Source: Octopus vulgaris (lineage: Eukaryota). Taken from it: a stretch of DNA of 64,000 nt. The stretch covers positions 79,732,001-79,796,000 of the forward strand of contig OX597830.1 in assembly GCA_951406725.2 (NCBI GenBank). The letters are read 5' to 3'. The notes beneath the pieces are model-generated. The model saw only the letters and a list, made by a program, of their open reading frames with translations. It made no database searches and had not been told where the DNA came from. Of the stretch, positions 47,811-59,129 are shown piece after piece; positions within the stretch are counted from its first letter, which is position 1, and the number at the start of each line of letters is the position of its first letter. The translations under genes and the position numbers were made by a program.

Positions 47811-47830
47811 ATTTGTATACTATCGTTCAA
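46298..47830 (-). CDS. R4/Dong-type ORF fragment: RT C-terminus, CCHC finger, RLE endonuclease (510 aa, probably non-functional)
   Basis: YMDDLKL, MKFGLEKC, YKYLG, GGRGL, WRICG..ETINHIISSC (first Cys replaced), RHD, NRPGIV (PD changed to PG), FLIDV, KLSKY; premature stop at 46298 before the IQKIALLGTAHILR tail. Confidence 0.85.
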   Translation of the reverse strand: MNDSIQIAHRTGCGYKCYGKTIGRLLYMDDLKLYAANDKQPETLLKTVHGFTKEIDMKFGLEKCAKVTMKREKLVKSSNITLDKTNEIKELDQSQTYKYLGIYELDKTQHTQMKEKIKKEYYRRVRSLLKTELNAKNKLIGINTLAVPVISYSYNILNWTRNELTKIDRKTRKIMTGSMMPHPKSDIERLYIQRIDGGRGLTHLENYYKITTIELQKYLLQKEGRLIQIAAKHEQNKKLFSVFKEADKYKQKIIPPNKHEEEEEEDDEETTKAIKQMKSKLKIEQQRTMIKRWQEKPLHGKYWTKLNAKEIDNEKSQQWLRSSGLKAETEGFLIAAQDQSLPTRNYQKHIMKRNIICNWRICGDGQETINHIISSCPVLAKKEYIHRHDRVGTYIHWKLCQHYGITTEKRWYRHTPEKVTENEKATILWDMPIHTDREIKANRPGIVVRDHEEKKCFLIDVSIPADDNVSIKEIEKLSKYKDLEIEVTRMWNLKTETIPIIVGALGMIKK

Positions 47831-47869
47831 GACTTTGATGCGATGTATTTTTATTTTTATTATTGGTGT

Positions 47870-49010
47870 ATCTCTTTGCTATCTTATTGGACTATTCCTA
47901 CTCGATACGTTGGGCAAGATCTTTCCTGACGTATACTTCGCCATTTACAAAGATGATGCCCTCGCCTTAACTGCTAATACCAATGGACCAGCACAGGATC
48001 GGTTTAGGAAGGACGTTATCTTAGCATGACTTAGCATGACTACAGACTTAGCATAACTACAGACACTTAGCATGACTATAGATACCAACCTGACGGTTGT
48101 CAATTTCCTAGGTGTATCTTAGATCTAAATAAGAACATTTATAAGCCTTATAGGAAGCCCAACGATAGACTTAGTTATGTTAATGTGGATTCTTGCCATC
48201 TCCCCGTACTGTTTAAAAATTTAGTTAAAAACTTTAGCAAAAGATTTTCTAGCCTCTCCTCCGATAGGGACATTTTTAATAGCGTTTGAAAAGATAAAAG
48301 ATATAAAAGATAATGGTTTTGGCGAGGAAATAACCTAAACACCTGCCACCAGTCCAATAATAAAGAGGAAACATAGAAATAGGAAAACTATCTGGTTCAC
48401 ACACCCCTACTCACCCGAGGTGAGCTTCAATATAGGCAAGTATTTCTTAGCACTGATAGACATGTTCCAGTCAACCATACTTACAGAAAGCTCTTCAATA
48501 GACATAACTTAAAAATCAGTTTCAGCTCAACTACCAATTTTAAAAATATAATCGCACACAACCCACAAAAATCACAATACAAAACCAGCTGTTCATGCAG
48601 GGATAAAAATTTGTGCCCGCTAAATGGAGCTTGCATGACCGAGATCATCATTTATGAAGCCACCGTAGAATCTATATACACTAAGGACACGGTTTCGACG
48701 AAGAAATACATAGGCCTTACAGAGGGTAGTTTCAAGGCCAGGTTCGATAATCACACCTTCAGCTTCAGGCACTGGGATAAAAGGAAAACGACCAAATTAT
48801 CCAGTCATATATGGTCATTAAAGAATAAAGGTGTCAGTTACAACATCCATTAGAAGATCTTAGCCAAATTTAAACCCTACACCAACGGCAGTGGAAAGTG
48901 TGGTCTTTGTGATATGGAAAGATGGCTCATCTGGAAAAGCATCTTAGACCCCGCTACATGTCTGAATTCAAGAATTGAACTTTTCGGATCATGCCCATAC
49001 GTGGCTCAAT
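47870..49010 (+). mobile_element. Decayed Penelope-like element (Neptune-like): RT C-terminus plus GIY-YIG endonuclease
   Basis: LIGLFLL..IYKDDAL, YKPYRKPN, RKTIWFTHPYS, CSCRDKNLCPLNGAC..IIYEATV..KYIGLTEGSFKARFDNH..KLSSHIWSLK..KCGLC. Confidence 0.88.
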
Positions 49011-49720
49011 ATTTGTTACGTTTTTGGTCCTGCCGAGATTACAGATAGGACTTGCTTTCTATATTGTGTTCACGTACAAGCTTTTTATCTCTTTATAATT
49101 TTTACTTATATTTCTTATATATTTTTATATATATTTATAGATCTTTTATACGTATTTTTTACATATCTATAGAGATAGTTTTATAGGTTTATTGCTCATA
49201 TATATTTTACTCATAATTTTTCCTTATTCTACCTTCCACCCTGCATTTTACCTGTGCGTATATAGACGTGTATATGGAATCGTTTGTGCGTGCGTATAGA
49301 TGTGTGCGTGTGTGTTGATATGTGCATATATAGATGTGTGTGTGTGCGTGCATGCGAGTATGTGCGTATATAGACGCGTGTGTGTGCGTGCATACGGGTG
49401 TGTGCGTATATAGATGTGTGTACGAACCTAGTTGGTGCGCATGTGTGTATGGCGAATGGTGTGGGTGAGAATGTGTACGTTTCAAGTGAGGGTGAATGAG
49501 TGTATACTTATAGGTGCATGTGCGTGGGTGTGCGGACGCGCATGTGTAGGTACGGACATGCGCGCTTACGCGAATACTATGAACATTTTATCCCCTTACT
49601 TTTACTCCCTCCCCTCACTTAGCGGTCATTCAAATAGCTCTTTTGTCTTAATAACGGTCAATCACACAGTAATTTCCCTTTGTTTAACGGTCATTTTCAT
49701 AGCGTTTCTTCTGATGGCCG

Positions 49721-49781
49721 GATAACTGAAGAGATGGCGGCGTAGCTTTCCACCCCGACATCCGAAACTCGGACTTTTATC
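49721..49781 (+). ncRNA. Degenerate hammerhead-like motif downstream of the Penelope-like ORF
   Basis: GATAA CTGAAGA GATG...CATC C GAAAC tcg GAC tt TTATC; the cleavage triplet reads GAC rather than GUC. Confidence 0.4.
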
Positions 49782-49821
49782 ACGGCTAGTAAATAATTGT
49801 CACATATTACAATTACATAGA

Positions 49822-49873
<52 letters not shown>

Positions 49874-49984
49874 TACATGCATACATACATACATACATAC
49901 ATACATACATACATACATACATACATACATACATACATGCATACATACATACATACATACATACATACATACATACATACATCA

Positions 49985-50334
49985 TAGCTGCACCCTCGTT
50001 ACACGAGAAAAGCCATTTCCAAAAAGACTTACTGAAATGATTCATTGTTGATGCCATGTGATGCGCTTATATGACTTTTAAGCCCAACCAAACTTTTACA
50101 CATTTTATTACATACTGCACAACTGTGCTGGCTGGCAGCAGAAACAGGTGCCACCATATTCACTCTCTTAACGTGTCTTTCCAGACCTCCAGATGAGAGG
50201 CACTCTCTTCCACATTTGAGACATGTTCCGTTGTGAATTTTAATAGCCACATCACTGTTTATCATGGGTCGATTCCTGTAAGATTTTTGATGGCTCACCA
50301 GGCCTGCACGAGTCAAACACCTCTTCCCAACAAC

Positions 50335-50385
<51 letters not shown>

Positions 50386-53300
50386 CAACACTCTCTCACT
50401 TTCCACTGGTTCCCTCCTTCTAAACTCCCTTCTAATTATCTCATACTTCATTCTCTCCCCTCGAACCTTGAACAACCATCATGCACTATCTTCTTCCATC
50501 CATCGCGGTCTTGTGTCTCCCTCTCTCAATCACCAGCTGTAATTCCTGTCTGTATTAGAGCATTCTTAAGGCAATCCTTAAATCTTAGTTTAGGCTTATG
50601 TGTTGGTCTCCTGCCGTCTTCCAGCTCACCACACAATAGCTTCTTGGGTAGTCGCTCATCACTCATCCTTACCAAATGTCTCCCGACTCCAACCTCAAAG
50701 TTTTTTACAAAATCTTTGAATCTGTACTTCTACTGCCACTCCTCTCAAGCAGCGCCACATTACTCATGGCCATTTTTCCAGTTTATCCTCAAACCTTTTC
50801 TCAGACAGTATTCATGGTATCATTCCAATGACTTACAAGCCTACATTAAACAACCCATGCCTCACCTCACTCCCCTATAACAAAGATGGGAGGTCGCACC
50901 TGTTATATACCTTAACTTTAATTTATATTATGTTGTTTCCACAGACGACTATCTAGTCTACCAAAAGTACTACTAGCCCTGCTGATTCTGTATGAAATGT
51001 TATCATGAAGACCAGCAGCGCTCAAGGTACTTCCTAAATAAATAAGTCTAGGTGCAGCCTCCAACCTTTGACTATTCACAGTTATAAAAGGTTCCACATA
51101 CATTTTGTGGGAGTGGGCTGGTACTTCATAACAGTTTTTTTTTAGATTGATCGTTAGACCAAATGCTGCACATGCTGCAGAAATCGCATTCACAATATGC
51201 TGCATACCTTTCTGGGAATGTTCCAACAGGTCACAATCATCTTTCCTTTTGGCACAGAGTCTTTTGAGATTGAACAGCTTTCCTCTTGTCCTATATCTTA
51301 TATAGATGATAAGCTTGCCTTCTATCTATCACTTAACAGTGATTATACGCAGCGTTACTCATGATGACAAAGTTGTCATTTTAGGTGATTTTAATGCACG
51401 CGTTGGTGCAGATTTGTAGACCTGGGGTGTCTTAGGAAAGCATAGCGTTGGGAGTTCCAACAATAATGGTTTATTACTGTTATATATGTGCGTAGAGATG
51501 GATTTGTGTATCATGAATACAATGTTTCAACGAAAGAGTAAGTGTAAAACAACATGGATGCACCTTGGTTCTAAGAAATGGTACCTTGTAGATTACATCC
51601 TCTCCAGGAAACGAGATACTAGGGGCTTTGCTATACTACGATTGATGTGTGGTGCAGAGTGCTTGATTGATCATAAGCTTTTGCGTGACAAGGTGAATTT
51701 TGCTCTCAAGCCTAAGGTTAGAGCAAATAATGACATGTTACCTAATCGGATTGATGTCAATAAACTTAAGACTCCATCAGTACGCAATGAGTTTGTGATG
51801 GGAGTTGTGATGGAATTTGTCCTGTGGTGGAAGCTGGAAGTCATTCAAAGAAAGAGTGTACAAGATTTGTAGTAACATTCTTGGGTTTGTTGCAAAAAAG
51901 ACACCGAGATTGGTTTGACTATAATGATGAAGAAGTTAGTTTTATCTTAGAGGAGAAGCAAAAGGCATTTAACATGTTGCAAAATATTGACCTGTCAGCA
52001 ATCAGGACAGTGGCTACACACTTCAAGGCAGTAAAAGCAACAGTGCAGACGAAGCTGAGGATGATGCAGGAAAATTGGTGGAGTGATATATGCAAGGAAA
52101 TCCAAGAAGTTTCAAATGCTAACAATTCCAAACTTTTTTACTCTCTCTCTCACTCTCTCTCTCCTTTCTCTCTCTCTCTCCCTCTCTCTCTCTCTCTCGA
52201 AAAAAAAAAGTTTCTGGACCAGTGTCATCAAAGGTTGCGCCGCTTCGGAGCGAGGATGGTACAGAATTATTAACAAATCCTAAAGATATTGTTGGGAGAT
52301 GGAAAGAACATTTTGACGATTTGCTCAATAGACCTACTAAAGTTGACCTCTCTTTTCTTGATAATATATCTGGGAGACCAATAAAACATCTTATAGCAGA
52401 AGTTCCAAACCTGGTTGAAATAAAAGCATCTATCAGGAAATTGAACTATAGAAATGCTCATGGCATGGATGGACTAGGTACAGAGATATATAAATATGGT
52501 GGTGATCATCACTGTACAATGTTGACGGATGTGATTCAGAGGGTTTGGCATAGTGAAGAGGTTCCTCCGGATTGGCGTGAAGCAACTATGGAAACGATGT
52601 CTGTGATAATTATCGCGGTATCTGTTAGCTGTTGCTGGAAAGGTCCTTTGTAGAGTAATGCTCGACAGATTGTTTCTGCACATTGCTGATGAGGTTCTAC
52701 CAGAATCGCAATGTGAGTTTAGGGATAGAAGGAGTACTATGGATATGATATTTTTAGCAAGAGAAGTACATCGAACAGGGTATGGACGTATACCAGATTT
52801 TCAATGATCTAACAAAAGCGTTTGATTCTATCAATGGAATTGTACTTTGGGAGATCCTGAAAAAGCTATGATGCCCTGAAAAATTTGTAAGAATGCTTAG
52901 ACAATTTCATGACAAGACAGAAGTGAGAGCTAATGTTGGATGTACCTTATCAGATCCAGTTTCTCTATAAAATGGTGTAAAACAAGGTGATATTCCTGCT
53001 CCTGCATTGTTTGCTATGTATTTTGCAATAGTCTATCAAATAGCTTTTGAAGATTGCACTGAAGGGATCTATATAAGATATAGTTGAAGCATATGCAGTA
53101 ATGAGTGTTGCATAGCGACCTTTTCTTAATGGAGGTGTTGAAGACATCAAACGATCTGAATTATCACATGGTAGTTCCTCAAGGTTTGAAACCAAAGTGG
53201 TTTTGATAGTAAATCCCACTCTTGATTCTGTCTTATAGGTCTCCTCTCTACTGCTCCAAAATAAATGATACACAGCAGATTTCTCTACCAAATCCCACTT

Positions 53301-53930
53301 TCCATGAATTTTTGTTTCGGCTAACTCTACAACATTCATGTCGCTGTAACTCTTTTTCAACAAGCGCGGATCTCCTCTCCGGACGAGATTTCAGACAATC
53401 ATTGTCTAACATTCGAACATTCCAACATCCTATATTCAAAGGCTTGCATCTTAACCTGAATTTACTCACAGTTGCAAGATGACGACCAGATCCAGGTTGT
53501 CGTGCCCTGGGACACCTGCCGGGCCAAACCACAAAACAAAATGTTCCAGAGCCCTTTTTGTCATTTGCTTCAGTATCAATATGAACTTTCATTGTTTAGT
53601 TGTGCCTTTTTAAGTTTTGGTGGTCAACCATGTACATACAAGATGTTCATTTCCTTTTCCTCTCCAGCAATACCTGTGCCTGACACATTTTAAAACGAGG
53701 AAGAGTGTTGCACAGCAACCATTCCCACTCTCTAAACTACAATGCATGATCCAACAAGAATAATAAGTCGACATCATTGGGTGCATTTGCAGTCGCATAT
53801 TTTATATCCAAGTGTTCTTCTCCGAGTCTTTGCTCAGCCAAAGGCTAACTACAAGACAGCAGTGAAGTATTTAGATTCAGAGTTACTTTCTCCGAGATAG
53901 ACTACCTTCGCCACGACTTGCGTAAGCAGA
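49985..53930 (-). mobile_element. Near full-length decayed RTE-clade LINE with an internal ~1.77-kb inversion
   Basis: Minus: NIGCWNVRML..RPERRSALV..ITAYAST (53480-53084). Plus: VILGDFNARVG..TTWMH..DLTKAFDS..GVKQG (51308-53083). Minus: IYIRYRTRGKLFNLKRL..YLGSTLS and C2H2-like fingers (51307-50030). Confidence 0.88.
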
Positions 53931-54157
53931 GGAATCCTATCCAACCCTCATCTATTTATTTATAAAAGACTAAGATAAGAAAAATAAAATTAAGAATAAA
54001 ATTGACATACAATATATACAATGTAAAACACAATGTACAATATGCACACAAACAGCTTGAAATACAATATATACAGTACATACAGATAGGCACACAGGTT
54101 TTAAATGCAATATTTACAATACATACACACAAACTTAAACACTCCACACGCACATCC

Positions 54158-54312
54158 ACAAACATACGTTGTTGAATGGCCGTTGACTACGCTGTAGTTC
54201 CTCCGCCCTTTGACATGTCTTATTTTCTGTCCCGCAGGGCATCCACCGAATACCCACCTCACCAAGCAAGCCATTGTGGGGTTACCGGTTTAGTTGCCGA
54301 CAACCCGACCAT
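54158..54312. repeat. Unclassified ~150-bp interspersed repeat (second copy ~58934-59089)
   Basis: gttgaatggccgttgactacg.tgtagttcctcc...tttagt.gccgac.acccgaccat is shared by both sites. Confidence 0.75.
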
Positions 54313-54319
54313 ATAACAG

Positions 54320-54795
54320 GTTGTACTACCGAAAGGTGTTTGATAGCATTCTCCACACATGGATCCTAGAAACACTAGCCATGAACAAGGTGGCACTAAT
54401 AATCATAAAATGTATAACACATTCCATAAATAAATGGCAGACCTTGCTACAGCTCCAAACAAAAGAGGGATTCATAAAAACCAAAGCCATCCCCATTAGA
54501 AGAGGAATATTCCAGGGAGACACGCTCTCTCCACTCCTTATATGTTTCACACTGACACCTTTATCTGACAGAACTGAAAGCGGATACGACTGTTACGGCA
54601 AAGCAATCAGCCGCCTCTTATGTATGGATGACCTAAAACTGTAGACTACAAATGATAAACACCTGGAATCATTACTACAGACAGTACATGGATTTACCAA
54701 ACAAATAAATATGAAATTTGGCTTAGAAAAATGTGCCAAAGCAACCTTGAAAAGATGGGATCTACTTAAGAGTAGCAGCATCACACTAGATAAAG
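54320..54795 (+). mobile_element. R4/Dong-like RT fragment, same family as 46087-47810
   Basis: YRKVFDSILHTWI, RRGIFQGDTLSPLL, CYGKAISRLLCMDDLKL, MKFGLEKCAK. Confidence 0.85.
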
Positions 54796-54799
54796 CTAG

Positions 54800-56047
54800 A
54801 GTTCAAATCCAGATGCAGTATTCCATTGCGAATTACAGAAGAATTTATGTGCCATATGAAAATAAGTGATTCCAGAGGTAATTGACGAGGTTACAATGGG
54901 CCAGAGGCATGTCTATGATTGTGTTGATCGCAGTCCTAGAGAAGTTTGACAACAACCAGATAAGCTGTTTGGCGGTCTGACTGTTTTGTTTTCTGGAGAA
55001 TGGAAGCAGATCTTGCGCTTGGTGCAAAGAGGTTACAGAGTCCAGATTGTTCATGCCATATTAAAACAGTCATACATTTGGAACCATGTCCAAAGCTTTC
55101 AGTTGTCTGTCAATATGAGAGTCCGAAATTCTTGCGGTGTTGACACTACTTTCGCACCCTATCTTGACCAGCTGGGGAATAGAACATTTTCTCTCAGTAA
55201 AGAAATTTGTGAATACAAAATATCTATAGTCCCACCGCATTTGATTGACTCTACAAAGCTACAGGATCTTTGTGAAGTGGTCTTCAGGGCTATTGAGGAT
55301 AAATATAGAGAGGGTCTATGGATAAGCAGCAGAGCCATCATTATTCCTACAAACAAGGCTGCTGAAAAAGTAATAAAGTTGTCATGTCAAAACTTCTACA
55401 AGGATATAGTAGAACTTATCAAAGCTGTGATACTTTATACGAAAACGAGACTGAGTTCCCGCCGGAACTGATCAATGATCTCAACTCATCAGGATTTCCA
55501 CCATACATTTTGGTTTTGAAGAAGCACTCTTCAATTATGCTGCTCAGAAACCTTGATCCAGCAGGAGGTCACTGTAACGGAACAAGATATATGGTCGTGA
55601 ATTTGCACAACCACCTTATTGAAGCAGATGTGGCCGATGGGACACATGCTGGAATCCGAATAATGATACCACGAATTCCACTGACCACCACTGAAGACTA
55701 TCCGTTCTCATTTTCCAGGAAGCAGTTTCCTCTGAAACTGGCTTTTGAAAGGACAAATCCCAAGGTCAGACTTAAGAAACAGTTGGAATTTACCCGCCAA
55801 CACCTATGTTCATCCATGGCCAGTGCTATGTTGCCAACAGCAGAATCGGTTCTGGGAACAATGCGCATATATTGGCTTTGGACTCAAAGTATAAGGGTAT
55901 GAATGGAATATACACTGACAAAGATGTCTATTAGGAAATTCTATAAGAAAATTATAGTAGGTTTCACATTTTACTTTCAAACTACAAACAGGAGTGTAGA
56001 TATGTAAGTAACTGAATCGACCGACTGGAGGGCGGTGGTTCAGCTAG
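54800..56047 (+). mobile_element. Helitron 3' remnant: PIF1-family helicase pseudogene with an intact-looking 3' terminus
   Basis: FGGLTVLFSGEWKQIL, LSVNMRV, RAIIIPTN, LNSSGFPPYILVLK..IMLLRNLDPAGGHCNGTR..IPRIPL..RKQFPLKLAF, HGQCYVA; ends with the hairpin ACCG..CGGT (56020-56036) then GGTTCAG CTAG|T. Confidence 0.9.
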
Positions 56048-56082
56048 TTTCTATAATTTTGAGATTTTATCACTTTTCATTC

Positions 56083-56123
56083 TGAACTCGACAAAGACAA
56101 GCTATCTGTCGAAATATCGTTCA
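56083..56123 (+). ncRNA. Minimal hammerhead-like fold with U3-A8 core (U4 mutated)
   Basis: TGAAC TCGACAA A GACA agctatc TGTC GAA ATAT C GTTCA: 5-bp stem I, 4-bp stem II, palindromic ATAT stem III, AUC site. Confidence 0.5.
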
Positions 56124-56172
56124 ACCAATAAAATATCGACTGCAGTCGCATCGCGCTCTTCCTCTTGACTAG

Positions 56173-56312
56173 GAAGAAGAAGAAGAAGAAGAAGAAGAAG
56201 AAGAAGAAGAAGAAGAAGAAGAAGAAGAAGAAGAAGAAGAAGAAGAAGAAGAAGAAGAAGAACAAGAAGAAGAAGAAGAAGAAGAAGAAGAAGAAGAAGA
56301 AGAAGAAGAAGA
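56173..56312 (+). repeat. (GAA)n microsatellite, ~140 bp
   Basis: Direct reading; one interruption near 56263. Confidence 0.97.
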
Positions 56313-57149
56313 TGTCAGCTCCGCGCTGAATAACAATATGGGCGTGTTACACGGGACTCTCCATACAAATACAAATCTAATCTAATAACACCAGTGTAAT
56401 AGGAAAAAGGAACCCGCGGAAGACTTGCAGGAAACGGTATTATAACGAAAATAATCACAAAAAGCGAAATTTTACTGCCATAGGAAAACAGTTTCTCCCA
56501 TGTACGATGTCTCAGTGAAAGATGTGCGAAAGACACGCGCGAAATCAACGTCGAAAACTTTACAAATTATAAAATATAAGTGGAAGAAAACAGTAAATTC
56601 ATAAATTGATTTAATTATGCATACACTCGAATGTCTATGCATTCATATATTAATACCCATAGGACTACACATACACCCAATGTTTACACAACTACGTGAT
56701 ATTTACAGGACACACATACAAGTATATGACAGCACGTGTCGCAAACGAAACAAAACTATAACAATACAATTTTCTTCGAACTAACACAGAGTGAATAATT
56801 CATAAGTTTTAAATAACTGCAACGAAACTATGCCCGGAGATAAATCTGTCAACAACAACGAAAACATACAGACGAATACAGATCTGTTTGCCTTTAAAAG
56901 CGATGTTACGAGCAATGCTTTCATTCAGAGAACATGTTGTCTGAAAATGTTAACGCAAAACAAACAGATCCTACCTTAATATTAACGTCCAAACGCATCA
57001 TGCCTCAAAGATAACAAAGCAATATACACACCGGATCGTTCGTCACCAGAGTCAACATGGGCCGCGCACGCCAGTGAGGGACCAGACTGGGTGTGAAAAA
57101 TCAGATACTGGTTCAAATCTTTCCATGACGCAGGAGCTCGAAGTGCCCC

Positions 57150-57696
57150 ACAACCGGAATATTCCATCAAATGGCCATCCAAGCTCGTCATCAAATAACC
57201 AAAAGAAAAAGAATGAAAAATGGTCATTGGGAGATAAATCTAATACTGAACAAACCTACCTAAACTGAAGAGAGGAGCATCTTGAAGTAAGATCTTATAT
57301 AGTAACAACCTTGCCAACGTCAGAAGAAACGAAGATGCAGGTAAAGAAGATACTACTGTGGAAATAATTACAGACTAACCCAGGTCTGATGAAAATGCGG
57401 TAATGATAATAAGAGTCAATGTAACTTATAAGCAAAGTGAAATACTCTCTAAACCAAGCATAAACACCAAGGCAGATGAAAATCAAATAGATGAAGAAAG
57501 TCGCACAGAAATTGCCCCAACTGAACTGGAGGATCTAAGCAATGAAATCCTGATAGAATGGCTGAAAATTAAAGAAACTGGTATGAATGAGCGTGACACT
57601 CTCCCGCAAATTCACAACTCTAACCAAAACCTGAAAGTAATTGGTAAAATCCGTCTTGCACTTAAAGATATATTCTCAGCTGAAGATGTTGACATT
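57150..57696 (+). mobile_element. Possible N-terminal fragment of an R4/Dong-like ORF
   Basis: KKKNEKWS.. and EWLKIKETGMNERDTLPQI resemble, from memory, the region upstream of R4-clade RT; no catalytic motif is present. Confidence 0.35.
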
Positions 57697-58810
57697 ACAC
57701 GGGCATTGAAGTCCCCGAGTATCAGCAGCTTGCTATTCTTTAGGAACTGACCGTAGCACTTTGGTGAGGTTCTGATAGAACAATTCTCTCTGCTCCAGAG
57801 TGTAGGTCGCAGTTGGAGCTTAAGCACTGATGAGTGTCAGGTGCATCTTGCCTTGGAGAGGAGTTCTCATCACCATCAGGCGATCGCTGATTCCTCTTGA
57901 GAGGGATTCCATGTTCTTGACGAGGGCGGTGCGAATGGAAAAGCCAACTCTTACTTCCCTGCGTTCATCCGCTGCTTTCCTTGACCAAAAGAAAGTGTAT
58001 CTAGCCCCAGCCTCGGTGATCTCCCCCGTGACTGTGAGGCGTGTCTCGCTGAGGGCAGCAACATCAATGCTGTATCTCTGCAGTTCACAACCCACAAGTA
58101 CTGTTCGACGTTCTGGTCTGTCACAGTTTTGGTTGTCCATGTGTGTCCTGATGCTCCAGGCTCCAACACATAAAGTACTTTTCGGGCGGGAAGATTTTGG
58201 ATTCATCTTTCGTATTTCTTTCATGTTTCGACCGAGTGGTATATGACCAGTTAGCGGCGGTATGCTGGAAGGATGAGATGAGGCAAGCTTTCTTTAGGTC
58301 ACCTTTTCTAGACCCTTCCCCCTAAGGGGGCGAGCAGTGATATCCCTGAAGAGGGCTGCTCCGTCGTCAGAGTGGCTGCCGAACTATGCCCTTGCCCAGT
58401 AGGTTGCAGAACGACAACCCGAGTGTAGGTACATGGCTAGCAGCTCCCAGCGCTATCCTGCACCTGCCACAATCACCACGCGCCCATCGCCTCAGGACTT
58501 GGAAGAAGAAGAAGTAGAGGAGGTGGAGTCACTGAATCCTGGACAAGGGAACTGTGGAGGCCTTGAGTTGCGCAAGCCCACCCCACCCCCTCTCGGTCCA
58601 GCTGATCTAGCCAGGAGGGACGCAGGACGATACATCCCAGCCACGACTGGACTACAGGCGCTGCTGGAGATGATGGACTTCATTACCTAACCGCCTTAGG
58701 GGCTCCACTTCGGCTTTGGATACGGTTTACTCCCTAGCCTTTGATTAACCAAAAAAAACCTACCCGCAAGGCAGCAGGAGACTCTTGGAGAGCGGGAACG
58801 TCTCACTACC
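57697..58810 (-). mobile_element. RTE-clade LINE 5' part (UTR plus APE endonuclease)
   Basis: LCVGAWSIRT..RPERRTVLV..IDVAALSETRL..YTFFWS..SDRLMVMR..LTLISA and LLILGDFNARV. Confidence 0.88.
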
Positions 58811-59129
58811 CGTACAGGACCAGAAGGACCTGCCCACTGCCTAAACGATATATACAATTTAAAAAAGAAAGAACTCAGTATATACAATACATACACACAG
58901 GGAGTCCAAAATTCAACACACACACAAACACCCCACAAACACACATAGTTGAATGGCCGTTGACTACGTTGTAGTTCCTCCACTCTTTTACAGGTCTTAC
59001 TTTTTTGTCCCGTAGGGTGTTCAACAAGCACCGACCTTACCAAACAAGCCTGGTGGAGTTGGCAGTTTAGTCGCCGACGACCCGACCATGGAACGTGTGG
59101 TACTGGGCTACATGGTACCTGTAGCACTC

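Noticed and set aside
50029-50475. C2H2 zinc-finger host gene
   Set aside because: The fingers are the C-terminus of the decayed RTE ORF, and the ORF start runs through (TG)n.
52684-52710. CTGATGA matches (also ~2597, ~57386, ~57827) as hammerheads
   Set aside because: They lie within LINE coding remnants with no properly placed GAAA or stem I.
54986-55902. Host PIF1 helicase gene
   Set aside because: Intronless, frameshifted, and followed by a Helitron hairpin-CTAG end.
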